Origin: Yuukianura sp. NJ FZ-2021 | Lineage: Eukaryota | DNA length: 64,000 nt | Reading direction: 5' to 3' | NCBI GenBank assembly: GCA_046563655.1 | Contig: CM102286.1 | Coordinates: forward strand, 10,230,001-10,294,000 | Part shown: one piece after another, positions 23,305-34,249 of the stretch | Layout of the letters: each line of letters opens with the position of its first letter | Position numbering within the stretch: the stretch's first letter is position 1 | The notes under the pieces: model-generated | The model's input: the letters and a program-made list of their open reading frames with translations, nothing else | The model's database searches: none | What the model was told of the DNA's origin: nothing | Made by a program: the position numbers and the translations under genes

Positions 23305-24264
23305 TGGGAACTATAGCAGAGATGTTCACTCTTCCACTTCTAAAACCAGACTCCCAATTGATACAATGACGTGCTACCATCTAAGGTTAAGCGATAGTAC
23401 GAAATGTTCCGGGTTTCAACTGTACTAATGAGGTGGTAAAGAAATTCCAGGCCATCACTGTAGGTCAACGACCATTCACGTCATCCGGGTCGACCCGGTC
23501 ACACTCGCTACTGTCGTAGTACAAGTATTCTGAGGTACAATGTCGCACTGAGGTCGAAAGAAACGTAGAGATGATTGAGTGCGACCCACTGACCCAGTCC
23601 TAACCATTATCAGACGTGATGTTGCACTTGCTTCTGCAGTTGAAGTTAATCAAATTGCGAAAAACTGCCTTAATTAGAATTAAAACCTAATTTGGAATTC
23701 TAATTAAGTAATCCTAAACACGGTACCTTTCATTTCAAAAACAGAAGAAATTATTAAAGAATAGAAAATGGGTTTGAAATTAGCGGGTCGACCCGCAAAA
23801 GAAAAAAAACCTTGGAGTGAGGCAATGTGAGACACGATGAGCCAATCGGAAGCGAGCAACTTTTTTGGAAATGAAAAGTTGAGTGATCGCTTCACTCATA
23901 CAACTTTCCTGTCCAGTGTGAACAGAAAAGTTTCGGGAACCTGAAACTTTTGTTCCCGAAACTTCGGGCACAAGTTCCTATTAACTTTTTCACCTAATAT
24001 GAACGCGAGTTCCCTCAAGTTTCCAAAACAAGTTCCTTGATGCTAGGAACTTTTGGCCTAGTGTGAATGCAACCTTAGTTTAAACTTTTCGGCTTGTCAT
24101 GATGACAGTGCAGAAACTTATCTTATCAATGGAGAAGGTGACTAATGAGAGTTCCAGTGCAAATTTGGGTAAAAGTGCAAGGTTGAATTGCACCGTGTGG
24201 ATTGACAGATTCGAGGTGAGTTTTGACGTATAATTGCATTTCGAAATCGTTTAGAAAGACAAGG

Positions 24265-27200
24265 ATGGAACCGATTGACGTTTTGGCTGCTTGCGAGCAC
24301 TACTTGCTATGTTGGAATCTTTCTTCAGACGTACCTTTTGACAACATTGAAGCAAGAATGAAGAAAGTTAATAAACTGAAGGTTTCGACTAATTCGGACG
24401 ACAGAGGAGACAATAATGGTGCTTACTATAGAGTCAAAAATCTGCAGTCCTCCTTGGTCCCATTTGTGCAACTGTTTCTGGAAATTGTTGCTGAAGAGCT
24501 GGAAAAGGCAAAACAAACGCTGGAGGACGTTCAAACTGTGATTAATGCAATGGAGTTTGACCAGAGATACTTTGGTGGATTGACGTACTTGCATGAATTG
24601 GTCAAAATACACTTTAAACTGGCTTTTCAAAATGTCCCGGGATACGAAGACATCCAGGATTACATCCAGGTGCGTGATCCACTCCCGACAGTCTTGGACT
24701 TAAATGCAGAGTACAGTGGCTTGGAAAAACAGAACAAGTGTGTCATCGTTTTAGCTCGACGGATGCTTAACTTGACGCATAAGCGCAGTAGTCGTGACAA
24801 AGGACTCCGCATGATGAGACAGGTAACGTATAAGGCATCAAAGCAACGCAAAACTTAATTTAAAGCTTAATTCCTGAGTCAGTAAAATCCGCAACGTATA
24901 GCGAGCGTTAGAGTTTTTAGTCTTCTGGAGACGCATGTCTACGACATGCTGAAGAAGACTATTGATACGACTTTGTCCGTCTGTCCGTTCGCTTTTTTAG
25001 GATCTTTTGCGCTGAAACATTAGCCCCCATCTGTTCGGGGAGTTATGTATGGCTGAAGTGTTTTCAGTATGTCTACATTGCCCTCAAAGTGCAATATTAC
25101 CAACGTAGAAATGGGCGATTGCTTTGCGCTGATGGTTCTTAACTCCTCAAAATTCTGTGTTAGGTCTGCATTACACTAAAAAAAATTTTTAACAGCAAAG
25201 CTTTGATCTGGACATTTTCTGACAGTATGTTTATTTACGTTGTTAATTTGTGACTGATGAGAGGGCTCAGAATCCGGCTTAAATTTGTAATACGTAAGCA
25301 GTGCTTGGCAGGGTTCAAATTTGTCTTTGCAAGGAATTTTTATAATTTTGATTATAAACTAGCGCTTTTCGGCTCAATAACTTATGCACTAAATTTAATA
25401 CACTGTGCATTTTCATGAACCGATTTCGAATTAAAAGAAGGGATATTCTACCCATCCTCCTCGGCGTTGAATTTTGTGCATCATGCGCAAAGCTCAACTT
25501 CGACATCATCAAGGTAACTAAACATAAATACACAAGCGCTTTCTAAGGTAGTCTCACGAGCGGTTTTTAATATTTTTTTGCGATATTTTTTGGTGGGGCG
25601 TATTGTTCGGTTTCCAAGGAAATAAACCTGTATAAAATTCGTGCTAAGGTTGGTTGACGTAACAATGATGTGTTAGTTCAATCAGCGTTCAGTATTTTAC
25701 GCAAATCAACTATTTGTCATTGAGATGCATTGAACTCGTGGTAATTATAAGCGTAAAATTTGCTTACTCGATTTTCAAATCCCAAAATCAATGTAAACCA
25801 CTAGCCCGATGATTGGGTACACTGGATGGTCACAATGGAGGAATTTGATTTTGTACTTCGACCGAAGGAAAACGTTGTCAGAGGAATGTTTAAAAAACAA
25901 ACAATCCGCCCACCAAAAATATCGCAAAAATTGCTGAAAAAACCGCTCGTGAGACTACCTTAGACAGAGCGTGTGTATTAATGTTTAGTTACCTTGGATA
26001 TCATTATTTTGACGCCGTTTGGTTTACGCGTTTTTCGCTAATACTACAATGCCATGGCAACACCGACAATACATTATGTGCATCTTGCTCAACAAATTAA
26101 GAACATAAATTTAGTGCAAATGTTTTGGTGTTCAAAACTGCAATATGATTTTGGTGCAATTAAATGGTAGAATTGCCAACCCAGTTTTGGTGCAACTCAT
26201 GCACAAAATAGGACATCACACCCGCACTTTTGAGCGACATTTGAAAATTTTGAGCGACTTTTTGGTGCATCAGCTACATCAAAACGGTTTCTCAGTTCTT
26301 CTACAGTTTTGAGGCAGGCCGGTTTAAGTCGTATCAATTGTCAACTCATTCCAGAAGACCTATATCCTTGAGCATCGCCCTACCCTTGTTTTTCTGTATT
26401 TTGAATTCAGACACAATTTAAATTTTTCGCGTATGGGTATATATCGCGCATGGGTATAATTTATATATATATATCTAGGTATATATACACGATAACCAAT
26501 ACATGATGAATATATATTCGGAGTACAGTGTATCTTCTCAAATGTGCATAAAATGCTACGGGTGCCTAAAGTAATTCTTTTTTTTTAAGATTATTGAGCT
26601 GGATCCAGAAAATTGGTACTGGTATTACATTTCGTACGACAATATACATTTCATGAGAAGAAATCCCGACGCCGGTGCTGATAAGGACTACATGCCATCC
26701 ACCGAAGAAATAGAGATGGTGTCCAATGCACTGAAGTACGTCGGTAGCGACCAGGCCATTAGCAGACTCAATTGCAATGCCATTCTATGTCAGTGTTTGG
26801 CAGAAATTGTGGCATGCCAGCATAGCAAAGGACTAGACGAACCAGTAGTTTTGGACAAACCATACGACTGTGTAAATAAAATGGTGGAGCACATAAAAAA
26901 TTCTGCAAGGTACAACAAATGTAAATTTTCTTTTTCTCAAATTCAGAAATATTTGATTTCTATAGCACTTTTTTTACTTTTGAAGCGCCGCCTTACCATC
27001 ACAATATTGTGGATTTAACGACTTCATTCGTTTTGGAGAAATTTTAGGAATAACTCTTCCACATGGCATGCGTGACTACAAGACGTCTCTAGAATTTTTG
27101 AAAAAGGGCAATACAAAGCATAACAACAGTTCTAAGGGGCACCACAAAATGGGGGTCGTCATCGTCAATATTTTAAGAATGAAACAAAATTTTCTTCACA

Positions 27201-28191
27201 ATATAGATGAAACCGAACGTGCTTACTGGCGTGCATGGGTATTTTTTTAATATTTTTGTTTCTTTAGTTTCTTTACGTTAATTTCAGTTTCTATAAGTTT
27301 TTTAAGGTTAATGAAATCTTGCTTCCTAACCTAGACAATTTAACCTAGATAAAACAGCTATTACTGTGAAACCTCTCCGTTCGCAACGCGTTAAACATGA
27401 TTGACGTATGTAACGTATGAGAACATTTTGTTTACGTTGTTATTAACAATGCCTCATAAATCTATCCCTTACGGTACCCGGGTACATTGTGATGCGCAAC
27501 TTTCTGAAGAACTGGGTATACCCAGTTCTTCAGAAAGTTAGCAGTGAGGGTTTCTACAGTAGTTGCTTAACCTTTCACCACTTACATGTTACATTCAAAG
27601 TATTTCAGGAAGGGAGCATGAAGGATGCAATTTTCCATTTTGAAAAAGCGATTGAGCATGGGCCGGATAGTTTTCCAGCCAGGACGGACCTCCTTCCTGC
27701 GCTCATGCGAGATTACGAGGAAAACAAAGACAAAATAGAAAACGTTCTGGACGATGCTCTGACAAACGACCATCAATGGAGCAACAATGAGTTCGGAGCG
27801 TTTTATTTCTACAAAGCGTGCTATAAATTCCTCACAGGATCAGATGTTGAGGCAGTCAAACTATTGCGGGACGCAATGGAAAAGAAATTCGACGGCTTCA
27901 AAGTAAGAAATATAATAAACAAATTGCATTTTTAACGTACAAAGTTTGTGGAATATACGTTAAGTTGTTGTTGATATGATTTTTCAGGACCTTGGTAGAA
28001 TAAAGTCGCGCTATGGCTGGCGGAATTATCAGTTGACTTTTGACCATGTACTGGACATCCTTGACAATGTGTCTAGGCGGGAAACGGATGGGAATGTATT
28101 GGACGAAATCAGCGATGTTCGAGACTGTGTCGCTGAGGCACAGAAGAAGACAAACGAATTCTATCGGCGGAGAAATTCCAGACAAAATTAG
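24265..28191 (+). CDS. IFIT-like tetratricopeptide-repeat protein (5 coding exons, ~540 aa)
   Basis: Exons ~24265-24822, 26590-26909, 26986-27237, 27609-27901 and 27989-28191. Colinear IFIT-type motifs: CEHYLLCWNL, IELDPEN, SLEFLKKG..HHKMG, AIFHFEKAIE..P..ARTDL and SDVEAV. Confidence 0.72.
25510..25996. mobile_element. Palindromic MITE (possibly a Harbinger-like MITE inside another) in intron 1 of the TPR gene
   Basis: caaggtaactaaacataaatacac..taaggtagtctcacgagcgg is inverted to ccgctcgtgagactaccttag..gtgtattaatgtttagttaccttg. Confidence 0.7.
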
Positions 28192-28309
28192 AAGAAGAGA
28201 GAACTACAATCAGTCCAGCCTCGAAGCTATGCCTCACATTCCGTAGGGTCATCATGGAATTAAATAAAGCAAAATCAAATAATTAAGCTTTAAAAACATA
28301 TTTTTTAAG

Positions 28310-28561
28310 GTTTACGATAGCTCGCCAGTGGCCTGGTCCAAAACTAAGAAGCTGAGGCTGTGGATTTCTTTTTATTCAAAAGGAGAGATGCGGAACTTGC
28401 AAAAACATCGAGAAAGCCGGAAGATGCGCAGGCTTCGTTGGTCTTGTTGATTGGCTCATCTTGACAAAAATCGTGTCGTAAATTTGAATGAAATCTTCCG
28501 GTTCGATCATTTTAAATACAAAGTTTCTCCATTCTCCGTTCACACAATTTGACCCCGTCAT
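28310..28561 (-). pseudogene. Arylalkylamine N-acetyltransferase (insect AANAT/GNAT)-like 5' fragment
   Basis: Across frameshifts it reads FVFKMIEPEDFIQIYD / DFCQDEPINK / LSFLVLDQATGE, matching the F..DEP and LS.VA.D..GE motifs of insect AANATs. Confidence 0.5.
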
Positions 28562-28877
28562 CTTCTCACTTTGCAAAACTCAACTTCTTTTAAAAGATTA
28601 AGTACGAAGCTCATATATCCCAAAGACAACTTCAAAATTTCAAAAATTGAAATAAAATTGAACTACAGAACAGTTTCACTCCGTTCGTTTCAACTTCAAA
28701 TGCGACATGACACTATGTATACCTCATTCTGAATTCTGTTTTGTATCTACTAAACGAAATTTTTTGTCCTTGGGAAATACGACTTTCTGCTTTCCTCTCG
28801 CTTCTGCTTTCCTCGTCGTTTCACTAAAAATTTTTCATACTTTCAAGTAAATTCAACGCACTCTGACAGCTAGAAAC

Positions 28878-29281
28878 TGTTGGCGTCTGCTAGGCTTAGT
28901 AGTCATAAGATTATATCTTATTGAGATTTCATAGAGATGCGGCGAGTGGAGTCACTGGAGATTTGAGATGCGGTGTGGTGAGAGCGAGAGATATGCTTTC
29001 TGTATATTTTAGTAGTTAGTCTGGGATGGATTGGATTTAGAGTAAGTTGGTGGAGATCAGTAGCTATGATCATTAATTATTCAGTTGTTCTTTAATTTTA
29101 TTTTATCCATTCATTAAATATATATCATATATTTATTCATCGATCGGTTGAGATGCAGTGGTGATTGTTTGGTGGTCATTTGGGTCTGAGAGCCTGTGGG
29201 CTCAGAGAGATAGTCTGGTGCGGAGCGGCAGTGATTGCTCCGGTAGTGTTTTTCAGTTGTTTAGCGTCGTAGGGCGTTACA
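28878..29281 (-). mobile_element. Solo LTR (Ty3/Gypsy-like)
   Basis: TGTTGGCG...GGCGTTACA ends and 4-bp TSD AAAC (28874-28877 and 29282-29285). The reverse strand starts TGTAACGCC, like the LTR at 18609. Confidence 0.7.
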
Positions 29282-29521
29282 AAACGTACACTCAGCGTGG
29301 AATTTCAAAAAATTACAAAATCAATTTCATCATCAGAGATAATACAAACTAATGAAAACTTTGAGAAGATAAGAAGACAAGTTATTTCTGCTATGCTGTT
29401 GTCGTTGGATTCAATAGACTGCCCACCACAAAATCTACTGTGAGCTAAAGTAAACAAACGCAAGTGTATTGGGCGATTTTTACATGACATGCAACGTATA
29501 TAATAGGTAGCATGTATTATA

Positions 29522-30592
29522 CCGTGTGCGCCAGCGAAAAGAGTACACCCTCAATTCAGTTTCCAAGGAAACAAGTTTTAAAATGGGCAAACAATGGGGG
29601 CGGGGGGAAAACGAGAGAGCAAAATCTGTGAAAATCGTGTTTCCTTTTTTTTTTCAAGAAAGAGGAAATTATTAGCCTGTCGATATTTCTTTTTCGTTTA
29701 TCGTTTAATTAGGAACTGCTTCGTTCTACATAACGCCTCAGTATACGATTCAGCATCGCGCAGAAATGGTAGCTTATTACTATCAACAGTCTAGTTTTAG
29801 AAAAGCCCAGAGTGTTTTCAGTGCCGTCCATCCAAATCTTCCGATTCCTAGTATTTTTACCATTCAGAGAGCTGTGAAGAAACACGAGATACACGGCAGC
29901 CAAGAAAATCGAAAAAGAGTCGGAACCAAAAAAGCCACCAATGACATGACCGCTGCATCCATTTTACCCTACGTTTCTGCAAATCCACATGACTCAACAC
30001 GACGAATTGCACAGAGGTCAGGAATTTCAGCAACTTCTGTACGAAGAATCCTGAAACGCGAACGGTTTCATCCATATAAGATGCAATTCCATCACGCCTT
30101 AACTGACGATGACCCGAAAAGACGAATCGAATTTTGTGAGCAAATGATGGACATGTGCCTGCAGGATCCCACTTTGGTATCAAAAATTTGTTTCACTGAT
30201 GAGGCCACATTCTTTTTGAATGGACGCATGAACCATCAAAACTTTCGGTTTGTAATTTCCACTTAACCTATTCTTGTGATTCCGAATCAAATTAAGATGA
30301 AATTATAATCGCACTAGGTATTGGTCGGATTCGAATCCACACTGGATGAGGGGGTCCAAATCTCAAAATGCTCCAAAGATCAACGTTTGGGCTGGTGTAA
30401 TTGGTGACACCATTATTGGCCCTTTCTTCTTTGAGGGAAACATAAATGGTGAAAACTTCTTGGACATGCTGGAATCAGAAATAATTGGGCCCGCTGAAAA
30501 TATGTAATATGTTTCCCCTCATAGTTTCCTTGGTATCGAAAATAAATAAGGTTTTGAAATTTTGGGTGTACTCTTTTCGCTGGCGCACACGG
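29522..30592 (+). mobile_element. Tc1/mariner-superfamily transposon, internally deleted, with an intron-containing transposase
   Basis: 29-bp perfect TIR ccgtgtgcgccagcgaaaagagtacaccc and TA TSD. Reading from ~29766: HTH region, HPYKMQ, CFTDEATF..NHQNFR, intron, YWSDSNPH..INVWAG..IIGPFFF. Ends before the second catalytic Asp. Confidence 0.9.
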
Positions 30593-30637
30593 TATATGTA
30601 GAAAGTTGAAATAAGAATTCAACTCAAAATAAAAAAT

Positions 30638-32513
30638 TTACGAAGTAAGTGGGATGTCACAGAGAAGTGCTACTCCGCGAAGAACCAATTGTTTGGGCGG
30701 GGTGTCGGTCTAGAAAGCAATATATCCAATGTAGTTGGGGTCCGTCCGACGCGGGTTCCTGTAAATTGGACACTCGAACAGCCGCGGATCTTTGGCCTAA
30801 GTTGTGTTCACTGCAAAGATGAAGATGACTGGAACGGGTTCGTAAGAGCACTTTGGGCTTGCTGTCCACCAACTTCCCAGAACGTTTCTCTACGGAGGCT
30901 CCCTCCACGTTCAGGCAATGCACGTACACACCTGAAACAATCATATTTTACATTATGTAACAAAAAAGAAGAAGCCGGGTGGGATTGAACCCACGTCACT
31001 TCTCCCTCTATTCAGGAAAATAGGCCAACCAAGTGACTGATTCCATTTCTCTGCGATTAGGCCAATTTCATTCCGATACACAACTTTGTTATTATAATTA
31101 CCTTCCATCGGTGGTTGGTTGGGGGCGAGTTGGCTCATTGGTTAAGCCATTAATGCTTTTCAATTGGCCGACCTGGGTTCGCACCCAGTCAGCGGGAGAA
31201 AAAAGGAGTCGAGGCCGTGGGTCCTCCCTGTCCCGAAGCAGGGAGGCAAGTGCTGGACTTCTCTTCTTTCCGGCGGCTGGTGCGTGGACACCCCCAGATA
31301 AAGGAGTATATTCGGGGTACCGCATCTGCAAGCACTGCCTGTTGTGGTTACGGAAGGAGCTGGCCATGAGTCAGAGGTGCCGTAATCATCAGTATCGGCG
31401 GGTAAGAGCTTCGCAGATTGTGGTGGTTGCCGATTCCTACTGCTTGAACCAGTGGATTAAGCATAGATACACTTTCGATCTCATTTGTCTATCAATTACG
31501 GACGACCTCCGTAAAGGAATAGCATTGAAGATTACCGTAATGTGTATCTGCTCGTAAAAGACAAAAAATAACGCTGTTTCTAAAGGGGTTAGGCTGAAAT
31601 ATACCATAAGCGTATCCTCAGCGTGAGTCAGTCACCTAATTATAGGTGACTGCTCCCCCCAATAAAAATACATATCGCTGGTTGGTTGATGTCTTCCTTC
31701 CAGAATCGAGTGACGACGTTCTGCAGAACGACGGAGTCCAACGCCCATCCTTTGTGTGCCCGTGTGACCTCCTTTGTTCAAACAAACATTTTGAAAAAAA
31801 AACTGTTTCAGAATTCTGAACACTTTTTTGAACAATTTTTTGAAAATTTTCTCTACCTGACGCATGGCGGTAAGGAATACTTGTGGATTGAAAAACCCAG
31901 TCATCCAGAAAACTGGTGGTTTTCCAAACGACAACCAACTGCGATAACTGGTTACACCGCTCCAGCAGTTCAGTAAACCAAAAGCCAATGGAACTCGAAT
32001 CCCAGCAAATCTGAAAAGTCAAAATTTCAAAAACTAATTTCAAAACATTTTGAAAAAACGATTCCGAAATTTATGACTTACCTTCCTCCAAGTTGGTGGA
32101 ACTTGTGCATTGTACATTGCGTCGAGTGACTCCCGTAGCACACTGCTCATGATAATTGTTCCGTCAATTGCCAATTTCAAATCACTCAAAGTTTGGCGCA
32201 CTACTAACAAAACTTTGCCCATTCGATCCAACTCCTGTTTCAGAAAAATGTTCATCGGAAGCAGAGATCCTAGCTTGCTCAGCGCATCTTTCACCTAAAA
32301 CAAACCTTTCAACTTAATTAACTACACAAGTTTAACTCAACAATTAATTGCACAGTAATTAACTACTTAAGTTAACTAAAACTTGATTACCTGAAAAGAG
32401 ACGTAGGGAAGAGGCAACTTCCTGAACATTTCATCCGCCAGACGATACACAACGTCCTCTCGTGACTCTCCGCCTGCACTCCCGCTCTGTTTCGGCTGAA
32501 CTCCGAGAATCAG
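30638..32513 (-). pseudogene. Axonemal outer-arm dynein heavy chain (DNAH5/8-like) C-terminal fragment
   Basis: [86 protein letters not shown] and LRGVALLCD. Introns retained; frameshifts and stops present; unrelated DNA at ~30960-31680. Confidence 0.88.
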
Positions 32514-32515
32514 AT

Positions 32516-34200
32516 GCAGATGCATGGGGTAAATTCCCGGAAGGTCTTCTGTCTGGCCACATAGGCATGATGGGCGACTTTGAGGAGTGCATGCTCATGC
32601 GCGGAAGTATTCAAGATCAAAGCGCTTCAGTTCCATTTGGAGGTCGCTATTGTCCAATGCATCTGGTCATGTCACAAGAACTTTTGGAAAACATTAACAC
32701 AAATTTTAGTTCCGAGGTTAGAAATCAAACTACTTTTAACTTTTATTTTCATTTCATTTTCAAAAAAAAAAAAGTCTTTTTTTAAATCAGTGCATGAAAA
32801 TCAGAAATACTTTTTTTCAAATATGTTTCTTTAGACGGATAAACTCCAGGTTTGTAAACAAGAAAATAGTTTTTTCTTCAACAGGTTAGGCAATAACTCA
32901 AGCGTTTTAAATGTTGTTTAAAAATTAACAAAACTTGGTTCACCGTGCCTTCCTATGGTAATGATTTATATGGAATCAAATGGGATTAGAGTAAAATCAG
33001 AGCAAAAAATTGTTTGGAGCGAATTTTTTCCTAAACAGCACTTATTGCCAAACCTCTTAAAGCATTTCGTTGCTATAGAAACCTTGGATAAACTAATTTA
33101 CTCGATTGGCGAAGAATTTAATTTTTTAATGACGCAACCAACTCTGGCAGTTTGTCTTCCGACAGCATGCACTCGAAACGATTTCAACATCTTGTTCAGT
33201 TCATTGACCTCGGTAACTCAAGGTTTGATGACCCCTATCACCTCTTACTGTCAAACAGATGATACACCAACACTTGACGGAGCAGTTATTGCAATGATGT
33301 ATGAACTTCAAAATTACAAAAGCCCGATAGGTGTATTGATATTTAAAAATTCGATTTTTCAGGGTATTGGTAGTAGCACTGATCTTGTGCATCACTTTAG
33401 TTGCAAGTGGTTTAGATCTTCTGCTGGATCAGAGTTCAAGGTCATCGTCAAAACTCTGGAAGGCGTTGATGTCATTTTCAGTGCCAAGAAATGTTCAAAG
33501 GTTGACTTCGATTAATACGTCGGAAGACTTGGGATGTCTCCATGGCCTGCGGTTTGGAAGTATGTCCTGGGTAGTGCTGATCCATACTTCGAGCATTATT
33601 TCTTACTGTGCAATCGGGAATTCTTTCAGAATGAATATAGTAAGTATTTTTAACTTTGAAAAAAATATTAGCATTTTAATTTGATGTTGACTTTTTTTTG
33701 GATTGGTTACATGGATAGGATGGTCTTGCGCCACAGCAACTGCTCTGGCTGCAGTCTACGGACCTGTGCGGTTCTTTGACCATGACATTCCGCTAGGAAA
33801 AGTCGAATCCGTACTCTACGGAGGACTGGCTCGATTTGCATGGGGAGCTGTAGTTGGGTGGATAATTTTTGCATGCTTATCCGATAATGGCGGACCGATA
33901 AATGGGTTCCTGTCGGCGAAACCTTTCGTACCGCTCGGTAGAATAACGTTTTGTATGTATCTGGTTTCTTATGAACTTCAACAAATGTTTCATGCTCGCT
34001 ACCCGCATCCACTGTCTTATGATGTCTATTTTTTGGTAAGTGATACATAAAGTATTTAAACATATTATAAAACTAAGGTTCTGACTATTTTTTTATAGGT
34101 TAACTTGTTTTTGACGCTATCGATTCTCATCGGATTTTGGATAACAATTTTAATTGAAGCTTCATTCACCAGCTTAACTAAAACTATTTTAGGAAACTAA
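32516..34200 (+). pseudogene. Truncated duplicate of the NRF-6-like acyltransferase
   Basis: High similarity to 11983-14339 including introns. Lacks the 5' exon and the block equivalent to ~12912-13835 (junction at ~33705); frameshift near 33365. Confidence 0.9.
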
Positions 34201-34249
34201 AACTAACTAAAAATTAATTTTAACATAGATATGAATTTAGAAAGTTAAA

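Larger units (their letters stand above)
20917..23354 (-). mobile_element. Internally deleted non-LTR retrotransposon (APE type, RTEX-like) with three ORFs
   Basis: 13-bp TSD CAATTGATACAAT (20904-20916 and 23355-23367), (TAAA)n 3' tail, 3' stem-loop at 20943-20971, intact ORF1, an APE start joined to a C-terminal CCHC, and no RT. Confidence 0.9.
20650..23378. mobile_element. Foldback MITE (TTGATACAAT-type arms) split by a LINE insertion
   Basis: Arms built of tgtcaa/tatcaa versus ttgaca/ttgata motifs around an aacctaacctaa centre. 8-bp flanks atctaatg / atctaagg. The right end caattgatacaatgacgtgctacc resembles the ends of 40289-40851. Confidence 0.7.
20306..24074. mobile_element. PIF/Harbinger-type non-autonomous element hosting nested insertions
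   Basis: TIR tggtgcattcacattagacaaaaagttcctag / ctaggaacttttggcctagtgtgaatgcaacc, 3-bp TTA flanks, and AGGAACTT subterminal motifs at both ends. Confidence 0.75.

Noticed and set aside
26369..26386. 16-bp match (tgagcatcgccctacc) to ~6183 and ~9910
   Set aside because: A single short match with no extended homology; cannot be told from chance or a tiny remnant.
30975..31000. gggattgaaccc motif resembling a tRNA T-arm/B-box on the minus strand
   Set aside because: No cloverleaf or A-box could be built; at most a SINE-like remnant.
31033..31557. GC-richer 174-aa ORF inside the dynein fragment
   Set aside because: No recognisable motif in any frame I read and no TIR or TSD found; origin unresolved.
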